In this document: one piece after another, positions 59,473-64,000 of the stretch | Position numbering within the stretch: position 1 is the first letter of the stretch | Layout: every line of letters starts with the position of its first letter | NCBI GenBank assembly: GCA_963752975.1 | Contig: CAVWAG010000007.1 | Span: 1,793 to 65,792 of the forward strand | Length of the DNA stretch: 64,000 nt | Source of the DNA: an uncultured Chloroflexia bacterium | GTDB taxonomy: Bacteria; Chloroflexota; Dehalococcoidia; GIF9; UBA5629 | Direction: 5' to 3' | Made by a program: the position numbers and the translations under genes | The notes under the pieces: generated by a model | Seen by the model: only the letters and a program-made list of their open reading frames with translations | Database searches by the model: none | Told to the model about the DNA's origin: nothing

Positions 59473-59716
59473 TTTGCCAATACCTTCAATGCAAGCGTAG
59501 CAATTACAAGCCGAATGTAACTTATGCCACTTCGTCTGCAACCGATTCAGGATACAATTATAGCTGATTGATGCAAACAGGATGTTAGCAGTGAATATAT
59601 CCCCGGCGGTTGACTATTCGCTATGGATTATATAAGATTGCGGGCAATAGAAATTCGGACAGGGTCAGAAAAGACAGATGCAATCTGGTGTAAAAGCAGA
59701 ATCAGGAGACTATTAA

Positions 59717-60040
59717 ATGCAATTCTTCAAATCCGGAAGCAAAGGTTTCACACTTATCGAGTTACTGGTGGTCATTGCCATCCTGGGTACCCTGGCAGCC
59801 GTGGTAATCTTGAACGTAACCAAGTATATCGGCGCGGGAAAAACGCAGGCAGGCCGGACCGAGCTAGCTAATGTTCAGACTGCAGTAGCAGCGTACATGT
59901 ATGATAGTTCAGGCAGTATTGCGGCAGGTACGGCAACACCTGCAGCGCCCGGCGTACTTTCACCATATTTGCTGAATTCCCTGCATGGCTCTTATTCATG
60001 GACGGCCGCGGGGGCTGTATCACAAACTGCATACCCGTAG
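59717..60040 (+). CDS. Type IV pilin-like protein (prepilin N-terminal cleavage/methylation domain), copy 1
   Basis: MQFFKSGSKG|FTLIELLVVIAILGTLAAV is a class III signal peptide (G-1, F+1, E+5). The protein is 107 aa with no Cys pair. Confidence 0.88.
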   Translation: MQFFKSGSKGFTLIELLVVIAILGTLAAVVILNVTKYIGAGKTQAGRTELANVQTAVAAYMYDSSGSIAAGTATPAAPGVLSPYLLNSLHGSYSWTAAGAVSQTAYP

Positions 60041-60309
60041 ATACCGTTAAGTTTGTTGTACGTTTTGTCAATAACTTGAATGAAGCCACCGCAACAATTA
60101 CAGTAGGAATGTGACTTATATCACTTCGCCTGCAACTGTTTCAGGATATAATCGCTAAAGATTTATGCAAATAGGACGTTAGTACTATATATACTCCTAC
60201 CAACAGGCTATTTACAATTTCTGGAATATAATATAATATAAACCGTACGAATTAAAAAGGGCTGCGGGTCGAGCAAGCCTCTCTTAAAAACAAAATACGG
60301 AGGTTTAAA

Positions 60310-60633
60310 ATGAAATTTTTTAAATCGGGAAGCAAAGGCTTTACGCTAATCGAGTTACTGGTGGTTATCGCCATCTTGGGCACGCTGGCAGCCGTGGTAA
60401 TCTTGAACGTAACCAAGTATATCGGCGCGGGAAAAACGCAGGCAGGCCAGACCGAGCTGGCTAATGTTCAGACTGCAGTAGCAGCGTACATGTATGATAA
60501 TTCAGGCAGTATTGCCGCAGGTACGGCAACACCTGCAGCGCCGGGCGTACTTGCACCATATTTGCTGAATTCCCTGCATGGCTCTTATTCATGGACGGCC
60601 GCGGGGGCTGCATCACAAACTGCATACCCGTAG
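60310..60633 (+). CDS. Type IV pilin-like protein, copy 2 (5 aa differences from copy 1)
   Basis: MKFFKSGSKG|FTLIELLVVIAILG... It differs from copy 1 at Q2K, R47Q, S64N, S82A and V101A. A strong RBS (ACGGAGG) is present. Confidence 0.88.
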   Translation: MKFFKSGSKGFTLIELLVVIAILGTLAAVVILNVTKYIGAGKTQAGQTELANVQTAVAAYMYDNSGSIAAGTATPAAPGVLAPYLLNSLHGSYSWTAAGAASQTAYP

Positions 60634-60661
60634 ACATAATGACTTCAGCATAAACACTTCA

Positions 60662-60694
60662 GGGTCCGGATTATAAATCCGGACCCTTTGTTTT
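60662..60694. terminator. Bidirectional rho-independent terminator between pilin copy 2 and pilT
   Basis: GGGTCCGGAT (60662-71), a loop, ATCCGGACCC (60677-86), then TTTGTTTT. A-rich sequence lies upstream for the opposite strand. Confidence 0.75.
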
Positions 60695-60714
60695 ATATCC
60701 GGAATTTCTTATAT

Positions 60715-61779
60715 CTATACCGGGGCTGCCCTCAATGTCTTGTTTATATCCTCGGCATCCTGGCAGAAGGCAAAGACGTACTCCTTTGTAATAATGCCCT
60801 TCTTGTATAGGTCAACCAGCGCGTCGTCCAGCGTTTTCATACCCTGGTTTGAACTTGTGCGTATGGTGTTCGGTATAAGGAAGGGTTTGCCCTCGCGTAT
60901 CAGGTTCTTCACCGCAGGGTTGGCCAGCATTATCTCCACCGCCGCCACCCTGCCACCGCCGATGCGAGGCACCAGCACCTGGCTGAAAACCGCGATCAGC
61001 GTGGAAGCCAGGCGGGCCTGCGCCATGACCCTCTCGTGCGGTGGGAACATATCCACTATCCTCTCCACCGATTGTGCCGCGCTGGGGGCATGCCCGGTGG
61101 ATAGCACCAGGTGGCCGGTCTCCGCCACGGTCAGCACGGCCGAGGCTGTCTCGATATCGCGCATTTCACCCACTAATATCACGTCGGGATCCTGCCGTAG
61201 TACGTATTTAAGGGCGCTGACAAATGAGTGTGTGTCCTGCTCAAGCTCCCTCTGCGAAAAAACGCACTTAACGTTAGGGTGAATGTACTCCACGGGTACC
61301 TCAATGGTAACAATGTAGCGTTTCCGGGTGTGATTGAGGTGATTCAGCATGGCGGCTATGCTGGTGCTTTTACCCGAACCGGTGGGGCCGGTAACCATGA
61401 TAAGCCCACGCGGGCGGGTTATCAGGTCCTTGCAAGCATCGGGGAGGCCCAGGTCTTCTACCGTGGGGATGCGTTTGGGCAGCAGGCGGATGGCCAAGCT
61501 GACGGAGCCCTGCTGCCAGCAGGCGTTGCACCGGCCACGCCCGCCATCGGGCAGTGAATAGGCGAAATCCACCTCCAATTCGCGCTTAAATATATCCCTC
61601 TGGCGCTGCGGGGCGACCTGATTAAACAGCCCTTCGATGTCCTCGTGTTTCAAAACGGGGAGACTTCCAGCGGGCTGCAGCTCACCATCTATCCTGAACA
61701 TGGGGGGCACCCCCACAATCAGGTGCAGGTCCGAGGCCCGGCTCTCACTAGCCAAATTCAGCAGTTCGTCTATCCGCAT
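60715..61779 (-). CDS. pilT: Type IV pilus retraction ATPase PilT
   Basis: A 354-aa protein with ASDLHL, Walker A GPTGSGKST, DPDVILVGEMRD and TGHLVLST motifs. Confidence 0.9.
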   Translation of the reverse strand: MRIDELLNLASESRASDLHLIVGVPPMFRIDGELQPAGSLPVLKHEDIEGLFNQVAPQRQRDIFKRELEVDFAYSLPDGGRGRCNACWQQGSVSLAIRLLPKRIPTVEDLGLPDACKDLITRPRGLIMVTGPTGSGKSTSIAAMLNHLNHTRKRYIVTIEVPVEYIHPNVKCVFSQRELEQDTHSFVSALKYVLRQDPDVILVGEMRDIETASAVLTVAETGHLVLSTGHAPSAAQSVERIVDMFPPHERVMAQARLASTLIAVFSQVLVPRIGGGRVAAVEIMLANPAVKNLIREGKPFLIPNTIRTSSNQGMKTLDDALVDLYKKGIITKEYVFAFCQDAEDINKTLRAAPV

Positions 61780-61818
61780 GGTCGTAATCTGATAGGCCGC
61801 AACTTCGCTATGATCTAT

Positions 61819-63228
61819 CTACCTTTTTAAACTCAGAGTGATAACAAATTTGATTTCCGTATAAGTGCTGTTGCTCACCGATTTGATAAGCACCAGGTTG
61901 TATATCCCCAAATCTCTCAGGTCATGTGTATAATTAAGCAGTATCTCCTCGCTGGGCGCCGCACCGTCCAGCTCGATAGAACTGCTGTCCACTATAATAT
62001 TGGTCAAATATACCGTGCCTGGCAGCACGGAGATGGCCGCTCCGATATCCCTGTTGGTCAGGTCACGCTGTGTAGCCAGGTAAGTTAACGGCGCCTTCAC
62101 CGTGTCCAATATCTTCCGGTAAGAATCCCGGTCAGCAGTAGCTTTGGCCGTTTCATCGCGATAAGTATTTTGTACCTCGCTGAGCAGTGTGGTCTTTTCG
62201 TTCATCTGAAGCTGAAGTCTGACCGTTTCCGACTCCGCCATGTTGTTCATGATAAACATTCCCAGTACAGCCAGGGCACAAATAATCAGCGCTACCAGGG
62301 GTAGCTGACTTGCGCCGGTCATCGCCGGCTGCCCGGATAACGGCGTTGCCCGCGGTATGACGTTGACATCCACCCGGGTAAGCCTGTTAAGCAGTCTCAG
62401 CGCCAGGCCGGTATTAGCCGTAAATACATTGTCATCCTGTCCTTCGGGATACATCAATAGTAGGGGGGCGGGCTTAACCGCATACCCCAATATCATGGAA
62501 AGCGTTTCACGGTAATAACCGCTCAAGATGCAGGGAGTCTGGTTATTCAGAGAGCTATTGGGATGGCTGGAATTGTAGAAATTAACCGTCCTGTCAGCCT
62601 CTTCCTTGACCATGGCCACCTTATCGCCATCACTCATCCCCTGTCGTGTAAAAGGAAGGCTGCGTATCAGCTCCGGTATGCCGTCATTGATGATGGTCAG
62701 GTCAAAGTTGCTGGCCTGTACATTCAGCATGATAGCCGTCTTCTCGTCAATTACACGTGCAAGGGCCAGCGGCTTTAATTCCAGGTACTTGACCCGCAGA
62801 CCTGCCAGCTTGAGCACATCGGTAACTGAATTAACGTTATCGAACGGCAGCCCTATCAGGCAGAGGGCAATCTCGTTTTCAGATATCTTAGTATCCGACC
62901 ACGACGTGTAAAGAGAATCAAGAGGCACAGGTACGACCCTTTCCATCTCTTTCCTGGCTGCCTCCGCCAACAGCGCACGGTCGAGCTTGGGGACGTAAAC
63001 CACCCTGTAGATGGAATGAATACCGCTGACACAGGCCGAAACATCTTTCTCACCGATGCGGTACTGTGACAGCACCATGCTGATAACCTGGCCGACGTGG
63101 GCCTTTTCCATCACCACGCCGTTCTGCACCCAGCCAGGCTGCAGAGGTGTTTCCACGGCGAAGACCACCCGCTTACCCCTGACCGAGGTTATCTTTACCG
63201 AGTTGTCTTCAATATTGACTGTCAGCAT
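61819..63228 (-). CDS. pilM: PilM-like actin-fold pilus assembly protein fused to a TM plus PilN-like C-terminal region
   Basis: A 469-aa protein. The N-terminal ~300 aa are PilM-like. A TM segment (LPLVALIICALAVLGMFIM) is followed by a coiled-coil/alpha-beta region like PilN. Confidence 0.75.
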   Translation of the reverse strand: MLTVNIEDNSVKITSVRGKRVVFAVETPLQPGWVQNGVVMEKAHVGQVISMVLSQYRIGEKDVSACVSGIHSIYRVVYVPKLDRALLAEAARKEMERVVPVPLDSLYTSWSDTKISENEIALCLIGLPFDNVNSVTDVLKLAGLRVKYLELKPLALARVIDEKTAIMLNVQASNFDLTIINDGIPELIRSLPFTRQGMSDGDKVAMVKEEADRTVNFYNSSHPNSSLNNQTPCILSGYYRETLSMILGYAVKPAPLLLMYPEGQDDNVFTANTGLALRLLNRLTRVDVNVIPRATPLSGQPAMTGASQLPLVALIICALAVLGMFIMNNMAESETVRLQLQMNEKTTLLSEVQNTYRDETAKATADRDSYRKILDTVKAPLTYLATQRDLTNRDIGAAISVLPGTVYLTNIIVDSSSIELDGAAPSEEILLNYTHDLRDLGIYNLVLIKSVSNSTYTEIKFVITLSLKR

Positions 63229-63243
63229 TTATCCGGTAAATTC

Positions 63244-63843
63244 CTACTGTGTATTGCACATAATCATTATGCTCATAGAAGCTATGTCCAGGTTTCCCTC
63301 AATCGTAGCCGGGGTAATGGCGATATTTAGGTACTGGCTGGAAGGGAATCTGTTATCGACTGCAATTAGGAAATTCTGGAAGCTGGCCACCTGGCCGGAC
63401 AAACTGAGATCATATGTAAGCGCCGGGTAATTTGTCCCCAGTATCGTGCCTTGTGAAGAGGAGACACTCATGCTGGTTATATTAATATCGTTTTTCCAGG
63501 CGAGATCCATCAATATCTGTGAACTTTTCAGGTTATCGCATGCTTCTTCGTATAATTTCCTGGCAGCCTCCGCTTCAGCTTTGAGTGTTCCTACCTCGGT
63601 GGACAGGGATGACTGGCCGGCTATTTTCGCCTTGATGGCGTCATACTGCGATTGTAGTTGGTTTATCTGCAGGCGCAACGCCTGCTGTTTCGAGGACTGC
63701 TCCAGATAGCCTGTTGCCATCGGTATCATGGCAATCAGAAATAGGCAGAGGATAACGATGAGCCAGACAGATGTACTTAGACGCGGCAGGCGCTGGAGTA
63801 TGCTGTTGCCGGCTTTCTTTGGTGCTTCTACAGGAGACGCCAC
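63244..63843 (-). CDS. PilO-like pilus assembly protein
   Basis: A 199-aa protein with an N-terminal TM (VWLIVILCLFLIAMIPM), a coiled coil (QALRLQINQLQSQYDAIKAKI) and a C-terminal alpha/beta domain. Confidence 0.6.
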   Translation of the reverse strand: MASPVEAPKKAGNSILQRLPRLSTSVWLIVILCLFLIAMIPMATGYLEQSSKQQALRLQINQLQSQYDAIKAKIAGQSSLSTEVGTLKAEAEAARKLYEEACDNLKSSQILMDLAWKNDINITSMSVSSSQGTILGTNYPALTYDLSLSGQVASFQNFLIAVDNRFPSSQYLNIAITPATIEGNLDIASMSIMIMCNTQ

Positions 63844-63911
63844 TATCTTATTTCTTCAGGCATTTATTCCTATTATACATTAAACATACGGGATACATTC
63901 AATATGAGAAA

Positions 63912-64000
63912 TCAGCGGTAATCATAGCCCATGAATGTAGTAGTGGTACCTCCCTGGCCTGCGCCCGGAATCTGTGTCTCCGTATGAACCCCGGTAAGAT
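63912..64000 (-). CDS. 3' end of an unidentified ORF entering from beyond the window
   Basis: The reverse frame reads ...LTGVHTETQIPGAGQGGTTTTFMGYDYR* with its stop at 63912-63914. There is too little sequence to call it. Confidence 0.25.
   Translation of the reverse strand, partial: LTGVHTETQIPGAGQGGTTTTFMGYDYR

Overview
This is a 64-kb, roughly 50% GC bacterial chromosome segment. It is mostly housekeeping operons with one small mobile and repeat-rich island.

Gene content in order:
- 1-8.4 kb: split transketolase (N-subunit, partial), an IolD-like ThDP enzyme, MmsA/IolA, a glutaryl-CoA-dehydrogenase-like ACAD, TetR, and an AbfD-like 4-hydroxybutyryl-CoA dehydratase.
- 8.5-11.3 kb: two inverted copies of a 1.1-kb IS. 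They flank a GIY-YIG gene that sits inside REP-like palindromic repeats.
- 11.3-22.2 kb: an SGNH-like hydrolase, an FTRc-rubredoxin plus glutaredoxin-like pair, an isochorismatase-family protein, folP-folK-PTPS, LeuC/LeuD-like plus an isocitrate/isopropylmalate-type dehydrogenase, Nudix, GNAT and NadK.
- 22.3-32.4 kb: an 11-subunit nuoABCDHIJK-(small ORF)-LMN operon with no nuoEFG.
- 32.5-46.3 kb: rsmD-coaD, ferredoxin, a methyltransferase, proC, yggS, an ACAD, leuS, a zincin-like protein, a CARDB/PQM-rich membrane protein, priA-def, and trmD-rplS.
- 46.5-51.0 kb: a minimal division cluster (wHTH-mraZ-rsmH-small TM ORF-ftsA-ftsZ) with no peptidoglycan genes.
- 51.0-55.7 kb: nrdR-nrdJ with NrdR boxes, followed by a GAF-unknown domain-HPRT fusion.
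- 56.2-64.0 kb: a type IV pilus cluster (pilD, an O-antigen-ligase-like/TPR protein, two tandem pilins, pilT, pilM/N, a pilO-like gene).

The gene content (11-subunit complex I, wall-less-looking dcw cluster, class II RNR) suggests a Chloroflexota/Dehalococcoidia-like organism. That is inference only.

The most important caveat is frame disruption. About 23 genes, including essential ones (ftsZ, priA, leuS, def, nuoCDHI), are broken by single-nucleotide indels. These indels cluster at 28.2-31.4 kb, 35.3-37.5 kb and 40-45 kb, while long neighbouring genes are intact. I read this as consensus or assembly error until reads prove otherwise. Such genes are typed pseudogene because that is what the sequence literally encodes.

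No rRNA, tRNA or CRISPR array was seen. The most novel-looking biology is:
- orientation- and site-specific IS insertion into the REP-like core, with 5-bp target-site duplications;
- the GIY-YIG cassette embedded in those repeats;
- the GAF-HPRT tri-domain protein;
- the pilus cluster with a candidate pilin O-glycosylation enzyme.
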